64,000 bases of DNA from an uncultured bacterium (GCA_963705505.1 CAVPJU010000010.1:672001-736000), one strand, 5' to 3'. Positions 38,767 through 49,024 are shown, counted from the stretch's first letter. Notes: generated by a model from the letters alone, not told the origin. Numbers and translations: made by a program.

Positions 38767-40233
38767 ATGAAGGGAAAGAAAGGAGTAAAAATTGTTTCGG
38801 TTTTAATCCTCCTGGCAGCCGCTTTTTTCGCCGCTTACAAATACGGCTACAGGATACCGGTGCTTAAGGAAATCCCGTTTTTCTCCCAGGGACACGAGCA
38901 CCGGTGGCGCCCTGTCCTTACAAAGGACGGAGAGATCGACTACTGGACATGCGCAATGCACCCTTCGGTGAGGATGAAGGAGCCCGGCCACTGCCCGATA
39001 TGCGGAATGGAGCTCGTTCCGGTCATGAAAAAAACGGGTCCGGAGACCGAACCCAACTCGGGTAATCAGGAGAAAGAAACCACGGCGGAATCCGAGAGCT
39101 CAACCGGAACGGGGACCATGGACCAAAGTATGCCCGGGATGGAAATGCCTGCACCTGCACCCGAACCCGGAAAAGGGGAATCCCGGTCCCAGTTCACAGT
39201 CAGCCCGGAGAGGCAGCAGTTAATAGGGGTTAAAACAGAGCCCGTAGCTATGCGCTCTATGGACAAATCGATCCGGACCGCGGGCAGAGTCACTCTCGAT
39301 GAAACTAAAATCACACAAATAAACACAAAATTCAGCGGGTGGATAGATAAGCTATACGTCGACTATACGCTTCAGCACGTTAACAAGGGAGACCCGCTAT
39401 TTTCCATATACAGCCCGGAGCTAGTCTCGACAGAGCAGGAATACCTGCTCGCGCTCCGCTCAAACGAGATACTATCCGACAGCGAGTTCCCGGAGATCTC
39501 GGGCGGGGCTAATTCGCTCCTCGATGCAACCAAGAAACGGCTCCAATTATGGGATATATCGGAAAGTCAGATAAGGGAGCTTGCGAAATCCGGGAAAGTA
39601 AAGGAAAGCCTCATCATATACTCCCCCGTCTCAGGCGCAGTGATCGAGAAAAATGCATTTCAGAATATGTACGTTGAGCCCAACACCGCTCTCTATAAGA
39701 TCGCCGACCATTCGAACGTTTGGGTCGAGGTCGATATATACGAGAACGAGATACCCCTCGTTAAGTTGGGAGACCACGCGGTGATGACGTTGGAATCGCT
39801 TCCCGGCGAGGAGTTCCACGGGAAAGTCACGTTCATTCCGCCTCACCTCGACATGAAGACGAGGACTGCAAAGGCGCGTCTCGAATTCCCTAACGCCGAC
39901 ATGAAACTGCTCCCTGAAATGTACGCCGATGTGAACATCGATATTCCACTCGGAGAGAAATTGACAATACCCGAGTCCGCAGTGCTGCGGACGGGGGCGC
40001 AGGACATCGTTTTCGTAGATAAGGGGGAGGGGAAGATGGAGATAAAGAGAGTGGAGCTCGGGCAGAAATCCGACGGTTATTATGAAGTGCTCAAGGGATT
40101 AAGTGAAGGCGAGAAGGTAGTATCGAGGGCGAATTTCCTCATCGATTCGGAAAGCAAGATTCAGGCTGCCGTCGCCTCTTGGAATGAAGGCGACAAAGAG
40201 GGCGAAAGCATGAAATCCCACGAAGGACATTAA
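38767..40233 (+). CDS. cusB: CusB-family periplasmic adaptor with heavy-metal-binding domain
   Basis: WTCAMHP...PGHCPICGMELVP, YSPEL...QEYL, FLIDSES, SHEGH tail. Confidence 0.9.
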   Translation: MKGKKGVKIVSVLILLAAAFFAAYKYGYRIPVLKEIPFFSQGHEHRWRPVLTKDGEIDYWTCAMHPSVRMKEPGHCPICGMELVPVMKKTGPETEPNSGNQEKETTAESESSTGTGTMDQSMPGMEMPAPAPEPGKGESRSQFTVSPERQQLIGVKTEPVAMRSMDKSIRTAGRVTLDETKITQINTKFSGWIDKLYVDYTLQHVNKGDPLFSIYSPELVSTEQEYLLALRSNEILSDSEFPEISGGANSLLDATKKRLQLWDISESQIRELAKSGKVKESLIIYSPVSGAVIEKNAFQNMYVEPNTALYKIADHSNVWVEVDIYENEIPLVKLGDHAVMTLESLPGEEFHGKVTFIPPHLDMKTRTAKARLEFPNADMKLLPEMYADVNIDIPLGEKLTIPESAVLRTGAQDIVFVDKGEGKMEIKRVELGQKSDGYYEVLKGLSEGEKVVSRANFLIDSESKIQAAVASWNEGDKEGESMKSHEGH

Positions 40234-40325
40234 TCCTGCGAGGGCAGAGCGCTGCGTGCAGAACATCAAGACTCCGCGACAATGATGATTACATATCTCA
40301 ATGACAGCTTAAAAGGATAGAACCG

Positions 40326-43300
40326 ATGATAGATAAAATCATAGAGTATTCGGCAAAGAACAGGTTTCTGACAATCACCCTTATTGCTTTTCTCGCCGTC
40401 TGGGGATACTGGGCGATGAAGAATACTCCGCTCGACGCCATACCCGACCTGTCGGACGTTCAGGTCATAGTGTACACGGACTGGGAGGGGAGAAGCCCGG
40501 ACTTAATAGAAGACCAGATTACATACCCTATCGTTACAAGCATGATAGCCGCTCCTAAAGTGAAATACGTGAGAGGCCAGTCGATGTTCGGCACGTCGCT
40601 CGTCTATGTAATATTCGAGGACGGGACGGACATATATTGGGCAAGGAGCCGGGTGCTCGAATATTTAAACGAGGTCAGGGGAAAACTCCCCGAAGGAATC
40701 AATCCGACTCTCGGCCCGGACGCCACGGGAGTCGGGTGGGTTTTCGAATACGCGCTCGTGGATGAATCCGGCAAACATGATCTGGCCGATCTCCGGACAT
40801 TTCAGGACTGGTATCTCAGATACTGGCTCGAATCCGTCCCCGGCGTCGCGGAGGTCGCAAGCGTGGGGGGATTCGTCAAACAATATCAGGTCGAGATCGA
40901 CCCGAATAAACTCATAGCCTACGACATACCCATAAACAAGGTGATAGAAGCCGTGAGATCGAGCAATAACGATGTCGGAGGCAGGGTCGTGGAATTCGGA
41001 TCGACCGAATATTTCGTAAGGGGGAGAGGCTACATAAAATCCGTAGAGGACATTGAGAAGGTCATGGTGGGAACGAACGGAAACGGGACGCCCGTTTACG
41101 TTCGCGATATCGCGAACGTGCAGCTCGGTCCCGATATCAGGAGAGGCGTTGCCGAGCTTGACGGAAAAGGCGAGACGGTCGGGGGGATCGTAGTTATGCG
41201 CCACGGCGAAAACGCTCTCGAAGTGATAGAAAAAGTGAAAGAGAAGCTCGAAGACATAAAGCCGTCGCTGCCCGAGGGAGTTAAAATCGTAACCACTTAT
41301 GACCGCTCGGACCTTATCCTGCGCGCAATAGGGACGCTTAAGGGCACTCTCATTGAAGAGATGATCATCGTGAGCATAGTCATAATCGTATTCCTGCTCC
41401 ATTTCAGGAGCGCGATAATACCCATAGTCTCGATCCCTATCGGGGTCTTGATGGCGTTCATCCCCATGTACTACATGCATCTCAACTCGAACATCATGTC
41501 ACTCGGAGGGATCGCCATTGCCATAGGGGCAATGGTCGATGCCTCGATAGTGATTATCGAGAACGTGCATAAGAAGCTGGAGAAATGGCAGTCAGAGGGC
41601 GAGAAGTTAAAAAGAGCCGACGTTATTCTGGATGCTATGAAGGAAGTCGGGAGACCCGTCTTCTTTTCCCTGCTTGTAATAACTGTTTCATTCCTTCCGG
41701 TATTTACACTCGAGTATCAGGAAGGGAGGCTTTTCAAGCCCCTCGCGTTCACGAAAACCTTCGCGATGTTCTTTTCGGCACTCCTCGCCATAACCATAAC
41801 TCCCGCTCTTATAGCCCTCCTTCTGAGGGGGAAAGTAAAGCCCGAGGAAAAGAATCCAATAAGCAGATTCCTGATAGGGCTGTACGGCCCGGTCGTAAGC
41901 TTCGTGCTCCGTTTCAAAAAGACCGTTTTAGTAATATCAGTCGTAATTCTCGTACTGACCGTCTTCCCATTTCTGAAGCTGGGCTCCGAATTCATGCCCC
42001 CGCTTAACGAGGGGACAATCCTTTACATGCCGACTGCCGTGCCCGGGATGTCGATCACCGAGGCATCCAAGATCCTCCAGATACAGGACAAAATGCTGAT
42101 GAAATTCCCGGAGGTTGAAAGGGTTTTCGGAAAAATAGGGCGTTCCGAATCGCCGACTGACTCAGCCCCTCTCAGCATGGTGGAAACGGTCGTCATTTTG
42201 AAGCCGGAGGACAAGTGGCGCGCAGGAATGACATGGGAAAAACTCGTATCGGAAATGAATCAATCCGTAAAATTCCCAGGCATGGCAAACATATTCTGGA
42301 TGCCAATTCAGACGAGGACGGAGATGCTCACGTCGGGCTTCAGAAGCAACCTCGGCATAAAGGTGTTTGGCCCCGACCTTGGCGAGATAGAAAAAATAGC
42401 CGTGGAGATTGAAAGCGTGCTCGCGAAAACTCCGGGGACAAGGAGCGCGTTTGCGGAAAGGATAACTGGAGGATACTTCCTCGATTTCGAGATAGACCGG
42501 GAAAAGGTCGCCAGATACGGTCTCACTGTAGGGGAAGTGGAGGATGTTATAGAAACCGCCATAGGCGGAAAAAACATATCGCAAACAGTCGAGGGACAGG
42601 AGAGATACCCGATAAACGTCAGGTATCCGAGAGAATTGAGAACCGATCTGGACAAACTGGAGAGAGTGCTCGTCGCGACTCCGTCTGGGGCGCAGGTCCC
42701 GATCTCACTTCTCGCTAAAATCAGCTTCAATTCCGGCCCGCCGGAAATCAGAAACGAGAACGGACAGAAAGTCGGCTATATCTTTGTCGACGTCGAGGGA
42801 AAAGACTACGAAGGCTATGTAAAAGGGGCGAAGAAAATAATTCAGGAGGGAGTCAAACTGCCCCCGGGCTACTATCTGGAATGGGCGGGACAGTATGAAT
42901 ACCTCCTGAGGGTCAAGGAAAGACTAAAGTACATACTGCCTCTTACACTATTCATCATATTCCTCCTCCTCTATCTGAATTTCAAATCAATCACCGAGTC
43001 ACTGATCGTTCTATTCTCAGTCCCGTTCTCGCTTGTCGGGAGCATATGGCTCCTGTATCTGCTCGGCTACAACATGAGCATAGCGGTTTGGGTCGGAATC
43101 ATAGCGCTCGCAGGACTCGCCGCGGGGACGGGGGTAGTGATGATTATCTATCTCGACGAGGCTTATGAGAGGAGGAGGAAGAGAAACGAGATGAATACGG
43201 AGGGTGATCTGCACAGCGCCATAACTGAAGGTGCGGTACAGAGGGTAAGGCCCAAGATGATGACTGTTGCGACAATGACCCTGGGTCTCCTTCCCCTTAT

Positions 43301-43463
43301 GTGGAGCGCCGGCACGGGGGCAGACATGATAAAGAGGATCGCGGCTCCGATGGTGGGGGGACTCATAACCTCGACGATACTCACGCTCATAATCATTCCA
43401 GTGATATACGCCATATGGAAAGGAGGCAGTTTGTCGAAAAGCACGAATGAACATACAGAATAA
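40326..43463 (+). CDS. cusA: CusA/SilA-family heavy-metal RND efflux pump
   Basis: LDAIPDLSDVQVI, GPDATGVGW, AIGAMVDA, EFMPPLNEG..LYMP, R.RPKMMT. Confidence 0.95.
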   Translation: MIDKIIEYSAKNRFLTITLIAFLAVWGYWAMKNTPLDAIPDLSDVQVIVYTDWEGRSPDLIEDQITYPIVTSMIAAPKVKYVRGQSMFGTSLVYVIFEDGTDIYWARSRVLEYLNEVRGKLPEGINPTLGPDATGVGWVFEYALVDESGKHDLADLRTFQDWYLRYWLESVPGVAEVASVGGFVKQYQVEIDPNKLIAYDIPINKVIEAVRSSNNDVGGRVVEFGSTEYFVRGRGYIKSVEDIEKVMVGTNGNGTPVYVRDIANVQLGPDIRRGVAELDGKGETVGGIVVMRHGENALEVIEKVKEKLEDIKPSLPEGVKIVTTYDRSDLILRAIGTLKGTLIEEMIIVSIVIIVFLLHFRSAIIPIVSIPIGVLMAFIPMYYMHLNSNIMSLGGIAIAIGAMVDASIVIIENVHKKLEKWQSEGEKLKRADVILDAMKEVGRPVFFSLLVITVSFLPVFTLEYQEGRLFKPLAFTKTFAMFFSALLAITITPALIALLLRGKVKPEEKNPISRFLIGLYGPVVSFVLRFKKTVLVISVVILVLTVFPFLKLGSEFMPPLNEGTILYMPTAVPGMSITEASKILQIQDKMLMKFPEVERVFGKIGRSESPTDSAPLSMVETVVILKPEDKWRAGMTWEKLVSEMNQSVKFPGMANIFWMPIQTRTEMLTSGFRSNLGIKVFGPDLGEIEKIAVEIESVLAKTPGTRSAFAERITGGYFLDFEIDREKVARYGLTVGEVEDVIETAIGGKNISQTVEGQERYPINVRYPRELRTDLDKLERVLVATPSGAQVPISLLAKISFNSGPPEIRNENGQKVGYIFVDVEGKDYEGYVKGAKKIIQEGVKLPPGYYLEWAGQYEYLLRVKERLKYILPLTLFIIFLLLYLNFKSITESLIVLFSVPFSLVGSIWLLYLLGYNMSIAVWVGIIALAGLAAGTGVVMIIYLDEAYERRRKRNEMNTEGDLHSAITEGAVQRVRPKMMTVATMTLGLLPLMWSAGTGADMIKRIAAPMVGGLITSTILTLIIIPVIYAIWKGGSLSKSTNEHTE

Positions 43464-43540
43464 GAGAAATGAGAAGTTAAGAAAATGAGATTAAGAGTCG
43501 GAAGGACAAGTAAAAAAACCAATTTAAGGAGGGTTCTTCT

Positions 43541-43963
43541 ATGAAGACCAAAACATCAATAGTTAAAGCATTAACGATTTTCAGCTTTTGCCTGATTGCG
43601 GTGTCTATGCTCTACAACGAGCCGGCAACTGCAGACAATACGAATCGAAACAGCCCCGACAAGCAGTCCCAGCCGGTGATTTCCCCGATAGATTCTAAAT
43701 ACGTCTGCATGATAAACAACCAATCTTTCAATAAGGAGCAAATCCCCGTCGAGGTGGACGGCAAGACTTACTACGGCTGCTGCCAGATGTGCGAAGCCAA
43801 GCTGAAATCGGACCCGGGCAGCCGTACGGCAGTCGATCCCGTAAGCGGTAATGACGTTGACAAGGCTACGGCAATAATCGGAGCGGCGCCGGACGGGACT
43901 GTTTATTACTTTGAGAGCGAACAGAACCTTAAAGCCTTCAACAGTAATTCGAACTCACAATAA
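43541..43963 (+). CDS. Exported YHS/TRASH-like metal-binding protein, copy 1
   Basis: Signal peptide; VCM, YYGCCxxC, DPVSG, YYFES. Confidence 0.82.
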   Translation: MKTKTSIVKALTIFSFCLIAVSMLYNEPATADNTNRNSPDKQSQPVISPIDSKYVCMINNQSFNKEQIPVEVDGKTYYGCCQMCEAKLKSDPGSRTAVDPVSGNDVDKATAIIGAAPDGTVYYFESEQNLKAFNSNSNSQ

Positions 43964-44035
43964 CGGCAAGAGAAACAAAAATCGGTATAAAAAGAATTTG
44001 AAGAAAGAAAAAATAACAGAACGGAGGTATTAGAC

Positions 44036-44599
44036 ATGAAAAGATTAGCTGCTTCAATGCTCATACTTATGTGCTTTACGAGCCTTGCTCTGGCCCAGGG
44101 AACGGGTCAGCAAAAGGGCGAGCAGAAACAAGATATGATGCCAAACGGCAATATGATGGGAATGGAACATGGTATGGGGAGCCATATGATGGGCGACTCC
44201 ATGATGTACAGCATGATGGTCCACCACATCATGATGAAAGCAACCACCCTTGATCTCACCGACGCTCAAAAAAAAGAACTTACGGAAATCAATGGAAAAT
44301 ACCTGTATCCGATCGTGCAGAAGGAAGCCGATTTCAAAATCTCTCACATGAAGATTATGGATATGATGCATGACTCCAGCTTCGACCCCGCAAAGTTAAA
44401 GTCGGAAATAAAAACATCGAATCAACTTAACCTGGAGACGGCTGATATGATGGTAGACGCACTTGCGGCTATAAGAAAAGCCGTAGGTCCGGAAAACTTT
44501 AAACAATGTATGCAGATGATGCCCATGAACTCGGGAATGATGAAGAGCGGGGAGATGATGTATAAGGGGGACATGATGCAGAATAAGCCGGCGCAATAG
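44036..44599 (+). CDS. Met-rich periplasmic Spy/CpxP-like protein
   Basis: Signal peptide; Met/His-rich termini; LDLTDAQ (LTxxQ) motif. Confidence 0.8.
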   Translation: MKRLAASMLILMCFTSLALAQGTGQQKGEQKQDMMPNGNMMGMEHGMGSHMMGDSMMYSMMVHHIMMKATTLDLTDAQKKELTEINGKYLYPIVQKEADFKISHMKIMDMMHDSSFDPAKLKSEIKTSNQLNLETADMMVDALAAIRKAVGPENFKQCMQMMPMNSGMMKSGEMMYKGDMMQNKPAQ

Positions 44600-44689
44600 A
44601 AAGAAGAAGATCGCGGCGGTGAACATGAAGGACATCATCAGATTCAATAAGGAATCGAATAAATGTCATAAAAAAAGGGGGTGATATAA

Positions 44690-45064
44690 ATGAAGAAGTC
44701 GATGCTACTGTTAGCAGCTTTCACGATAGCTCTGCTGGTCTTATCTCTTAATAGAGAAACCCGGACGAGCGCATCGGAGGAAGTGGACATTACCGTGCTG
44801 ATTGAAACGGCGAAAACACCTCAAGACCATCTTAAGATCGCAGAATACTACGAAGAGCAGGCGGTCATGATGGAAAAGCAGGCTACTCTGCACGAGTCAA
44901 TGGCTAAGGCGTACCAGAGTGGGAAGATGACTGGTATGTCGACACACTGCGATAAGCTGGTGAAGGATTCAAAGGCATCCGCCGAGCAGTATAAAGCTAT
45001 GGCGGCAGAGCACAAGAAGATGGCTCAGGATATGCAGAGTCAGAATTCTCAGCAGCCTCAGTAA
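44690..45064 (+). CDS. Exported helical His/Met protein, putative metal-binding
   Basis: Signal peptide; DH..IA.YY, HESMA..Y, MSTHC, MAAEH..MA. Confidence 0.75.
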   Translation: MKKSMLLLAAFTIALLVLSLNRETRTSASEEVDITVLIETAKTPQDHLKIAEYYEEQAVMMEKQATLHESMAKAYQSGKMTGMSTHCDKLVKDSKASAEQYKAMAAEHKKMAQDMQSQNSQQPQ

Positions 45065-45072
45065 TGGGATAA

Positions 45073-45126
45073 CCTTCCCCGGGAGAGAGCCTATTCCCGT
45101 CTCCAACACCCGGGGAAGGCAAAAAA
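45073..45126. terminator. 11-bp GC-rich stem-loop after the 44690 gene
   Basis: CCTTCCCCGGG ... CCCGGGGAAGG followed by an A-run. Confidence 0.5.
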
Positions 45127-45457
45127 GTTATTTTAAGGGGTTCAACTTGATATGACAATACCGGTGAATAAACGTCGCTTCCAATTTCATACAATTTTAA
45201 TTTCCACGTCAGCCCTGATCCGATAGTCTTGAGTTCGGATAGGGAGAATTAAAATGAGTGAGCACAGTCATAGTTGCTATAAACGCTAAATTCCTTAAAG
45301 TATGGAAATGACGGGAGAATGCCGGTCGTGATAAAAAAGTTTATAATAGTCGAAAAAGGATGCCGGGGAGTCGCCGATAAGGACCTGCGTTCGTCAAGGT
45401 CTTTTACCGCGAGCCCGGTTTCAACTTAAAATATGAAATTTATAAAGGAGGACAACA

Positions 45458-45994
45458 ATGAATATGATAAGGGCCTTTTTGATTCTTATAGTCTTTTTTA
45501 TTTTAGCCGCTGTCATCTATATATTTTCGGGAACATATAACATCGCGGCCACGGTGCCGCACAGCGAAGCCGCGACATGGATATTCAACACCGTAAAGAT
45601 AAGCTCCATAAGGAAACACGCAGAGGGCATAAAGGAGCCCCCGCTCGAAGACACGGGTCTCGTGAAGGAGGGATTCGAGCACTACGACGAGATGTGTGTC
45701 GGGTGCCACGGAGCGCCCGGTATCGATCAGGCAAAAGAGTTTAACCCGCCCCCGCCTGATTTGGCTAAAGCAACTGAAGCGCTAAGGCCCGCGGAGATTT
45801 TCTGGGTTATCAAGAACGGAATCAAGATGACGGGAATGCCGGAATCCGGCTCCACCCATTCCGACGAAGAAATCTGGGAGATAGTGGCATTCATCGAGAG
45901 GCTGCCCGAATTATCCCCCGATCAGTATAAATTAATGAGAAGCGCGGCTCAAAAAAATCCCCACGAGCACAATGATCACGATGAACATCATTAA
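45458..45994 (+). CDS. Membrane-anchored monoheme cytochrome c with His-rich tail
   Basis: CVGCH; IKNGIKMTGMP (axial Met); HEHNDHDEHH C-terminus. Confidence 0.9.
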   Translation: MNMIRAFLILIVFFILAAVIYIFSGTYNIAATVPHSEAATWIFNTVKISSIRKHAEGIKEPPLEDTGLVKEGFEHYDEMCVGCHGAPGIDQAKEFNPPPPDLAKATEALRPAEIFWVIKNGIKMTGMPESGSTHSDEEIWEIVAFIERLPELSPDQYKLMRSAAQKNPHEHNDHDEHH

Positions 45995-46071
45995 TTAATA
46001 GAAGGGAAGCGAGAGATCATTTATAATTCTGTCGTGCCGTTTATTTTATATCTCAACAGGAGGGTTCTCGA

Positions 46072-46491
46072 ATGAATACCAGGATTTTCAGTATAAGCTC
46101 TTTAATGGCTTTCAGTCTGTGTTTAATTGCGGCTCTTACGCTATTCCCGAATGAGCCGAGGGCGCAGAACAGCGGGACCGATAACACTCAGGCAGTTACC
46201 TCACCGGGACTCACCCAGGTGGAATCCAAATACGTGTGCATGGTCACAAACGAGCTCAACGCTAAGGAGCAGATACCCGTGGTGGTCGACGGCAAAACGT
46301 ACTACGGCTGCTGCCACATGTGCGAAGCCAAGCTGAAAGAGGACCCGGCGAGCCGGATGGCGACCGACCCCGTAAGCGGCCGGCAGGTGGATAAATCTAC
46401 CGCCGTAATCGGAGCCGCGCCCGACGGGAAGGTCTATTACTTTGAAAGCGCGGAAGACCTGAAGGCTTTCAATAGCAGCCCCAACCAATAA
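46072..46491 (+). CDS. Exported YHS/TRASH-like metal-binding protein, copy 2
   Basis: Paralog of 43541..43963 with the same YYGCCxxC / DPVSG / YYFES motifs. Confidence 0.82.
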   Translation: MNTRIFSISSLMAFSLCLIAALTLFPNEPRAQNSGTDNTQAVTSPGLTQVESKYVCMVTNELNAKEQIPVVVDGKTYYGCCHMCEAKLKEDPASRMATDPVSGRQVDKSTAVIGAAPDGKVYYFESAEDLKAFNSSPNQ

Positions 46492-46535
46492 AGTCCGAGA
46501 GTGCCTTTATAAAGAGAATAGAATTAAAAGGATCG

Positions 46536-48284
46536 TCATGCGACGACTATGCGGTTCCTGCCCTGGGCTTTTGCTTTGTATAGAGCCCTGTCAGCAGATT
46601 CCAGAAGCAGCTCCGCGGAAGTACCGTGCTCGGAAAAAACGACTACGCCCATCGACACCTCGACCGAGCTGACAAAGCTCCCGCGGTGACGGACGCGGAC
46701 CCTCTTTATTTCCTCGTGGAGCTGCTCAGCCCTCCTGCAGGTATTTTCGAGGGACGACCCGGGAAGTATGAGGACGAATTCCTCTCCGCCGTAACGGCAT
46801 GCGATGTCCTCGCGCCGGATACGGTCTCTAAAAAAGTCGCCGATGCTGCGCAGCAGCATATCGCCCGCCGCATGGCCGTAAGCGTCATTAAACTGCTTGA
46901 AGTGGTCTATATCGACCATGATGAGACCGAGCGGCTCCTTATTACGCGCTACCCTGCTGATTTCCCTCTTGAGCGTCTCTTCCATATACCGCCTGTTGAA
47001 TAAACCGGTCAGAGAATCATAGATCGCGTAGTTCTGGAGGGCCTCATGCTGCTTTATATTCCCCAGAGCGAGGGCCGTGAGTTTGGCCATCGTGGAAACA
47101 ATATGGCGGTTATAGTTATTTTCGTGCTCGCCGTCGGTTCCCTCGACAATGTCGGCGCCGCTCTGCAGATACAACAGACCGAGCGTCTTACTCCTCGCCA
47201 GCATCGGAGCGCAAAAATAATTGATTTTCTCCGATTCGTTTAAGTGCTGACAGTAAAGCTCCGTAGGCGCGTTATGCGCCGAGTGCAGCCTTCCGAGCCT
47301 GAGCGCCCAGCATCTGTCGGGAAGGAATTCGCGCTCGCTATTTATCTTATCCCCCCAGGCCGAGACGCATTCGAGTATGTTCAGAACATCGTTATAGATA
47401 AAGAGCGCTCCCGAATTTCCGGAAAATAATTTATTACTGTAATTCGTGACTATCGTATAAACCTCTTCTTCGTCATGCGAGGCCTGGAGTAATTCATCCA
47501 TCTCACAGAGCTGAATCAGCTTCCTGTTTTGCTCTTCGAGTTTTTTAACAAGGTCCCGGATGTCTTTTCGTATACTGGAGCTGTTCTCCTCGTCGTACTT
47601 AACCTCTATATCGCGGAGAATTTTCTCGCCGAAATCCGCTTCACCTCCGGTCAGATTATAAATAGATTCCGGCGCGCCGCTCTTTCCGGTTCCGTTCTCC
47701 TCATGCTTTATCTCTTCGCTTTTTTTAAATTCCAGAACCTGCTCACCTGCATCAGTGATACCGCGTCTCTGCTCGAGACCGAGTATCACCTTACGGGCTA
47801 CGGTCTGCAGCAGGGAGACCTGTTCGAAGCTGAGGTCTTTGGGCTGATAGCCCAATACGCATAGAGAACCTATCCTGTGGCCGCTCCGGTCGATGAGCGG
47901 TATGCCCGCGATGAAATTGATTTCGGGGTGTGAGCTTAGGAAGGGGTTCAGCCTCGTTCTTTCATCCTGAAGGGGGCTTGTAATAGCGAGCAATTCGTCA
48001 GGGTTATTTATAACGTAGGTGCCGAACGACCTGTCGCGCGGCACTTCCCTGATATCGGTGCCTATGCCTATTACCGACTTGAACCATTCCCTGTTCTCAT
48101 CGACAAAGCTGATTAGCGCAATCGGGGTCTTGCAGATATATCCGGCAAGCCTCGCAAGCTCATCGAAGCTCTCTTCCGGTTCGGTATCCAGAATATTATA
48201 ATCAAGGAGTGCTCTGAACCGCTCCACTTCATCATCATGAAGCTTCATGCTCGCATTCCTGACTTTATCGAAATCTCTGTTCAT
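46536..48284 (-). CDS. GAF-GAF-GGDEF diguanylate cyclase
   Basis: N-terminal GAF (ILDTEPEESFD), second GAF, D.LTGLFNRR, RxxD I-site, GGEEF. Confidence 0.93.
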   Translation of the reverse strand: MNRDFDKVRNASMKLHDDEVERFRALLDYNILDTEPEESFDELARLAGYICKTPIALISFVDENREWFKSVIGIGTDIREVPRDRSFGTYVINNPDELLAITSPLQDERTRLNPFLSSHPEINFIAGIPLIDRSGHRIGSLCVLGYQPKDLSFEQVSLLQTVARKVILGLEQRRGITDAGEQVLEFKKSEEIKHEENGTGKSGAPESIYNLTGGEADFGEKILRDIEVKYDEENSSSIRKDIRDLVKKLEEQNRKLIQLCEMDELLQASHDEEEVYTIVTNYSNKLFSGNSGALFIYNDVLNILECVSAWGDKINSEREFLPDRCWALRLGRLHSAHNAPTELYCQHLNESEKINYFCAPMLARSKTLGLLYLQSGADIVEGTDGEHENNYNRHIVSTMAKLTALALGNIKQHEALQNYAIYDSLTGLFNRRYMEETLKREISRVARNKEPLGLIMVDIDHFKQFNDAYGHAAGDMLLRSIGDFFRDRIRREDIACRYGGEEFVLILPGSSLENTCRRAEQLHEEIKRVRVRHRGSFVSSVEVSMGVVVFSEHGTSAELLLESADRALYKAKAQGRNRIVVA

Positions 48285-48445
48285 TGTTGCAGCGGGAGAC
48301 CCAGAATCTTGAACAAGTATTATATCACAAGTATCGACAAAAAACCCTTAACCGATTAAATAAGAAATTTTAACCGCTCAATAGGTGAAATATCCCCTCA
48401 ATTGGCTATAATATCAGTTTATCAAATAAACCGCAAAACCGGCAA

Positions 48446-49003
48446 ATGAGCATATTAAATACGAGCGCTAAGCTCGCTGTACTCGTAATCATATTTTTGA
48501 TATTGGCACTCCTCGGATACGCCTTATTCGGGCACAGGGAAACGGAAAAAGTATCACCGGTCGTGGGTAAAAACGCCCCCGAGTTCTCGCTCAAGCTCTT
48601 CGACGGAAAAAGGGTGAGTTTATCCGAATTGAAAGGGAAAACGGTGCTCCTGAACTTCTGGGCTTCCTGGTGCATGCCCTGCAGGGAGGAATCCGAGGCA
48701 CTCGAACAGTCATGGCAGAAATACAAAGATAAAAATGTAGTATTTATAGGTGTTAATATCTGGGATGAGAATTCAAGCGCCGCCTCGTATATCGAGAAAT
48801 TCGGGGGGGGGTATCCGCAGGGGAATGACCCGAAAGAGGAGATACAGGTCGATTACGGCATCGGCGGGGTACCCGAAACATTCTTCATCAGCCCCTCGGG
48901 TATAATAACCGATAAGTACAACGGCGCGCTGACAGAAGATACTATCGATTATTATATTCTGAAAGCAATGGGGCCCGGAACTGAGACACAGTCAAGCAAC
49001 TAG
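48446..49003 (+). CDS. TlpA/CcmG-like thiol-disulfide oxidoreductase
   Basis: TM anchor; NFWASWCMPC; GVPETFFI. Confidence 0.9.
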   Translation: MSILNTSAKLAVLVIIFLILALLGYALFGHRETEKVSPVVGKNAPEFSLKLFDGKRVSLSELKGKTVLLNFWASWCMPCREESEALEQSWQKYKDKNVVFIGVNIWDENSSAASYIEKFGGGYPQGNDPKEEIQVDYGIGGVPETFFISPSGIITDKYNGALTEDTIDYYILKAMGPGTETQSSN

Positions 49004-49024
49004 AATCGGCAGGGCGGGAGGATC

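Noticed and set aside
36968..46491. Metal island as a mobile element
   Set aside because: No integrase, transposase, tRNA target or flanking direct repeats seen
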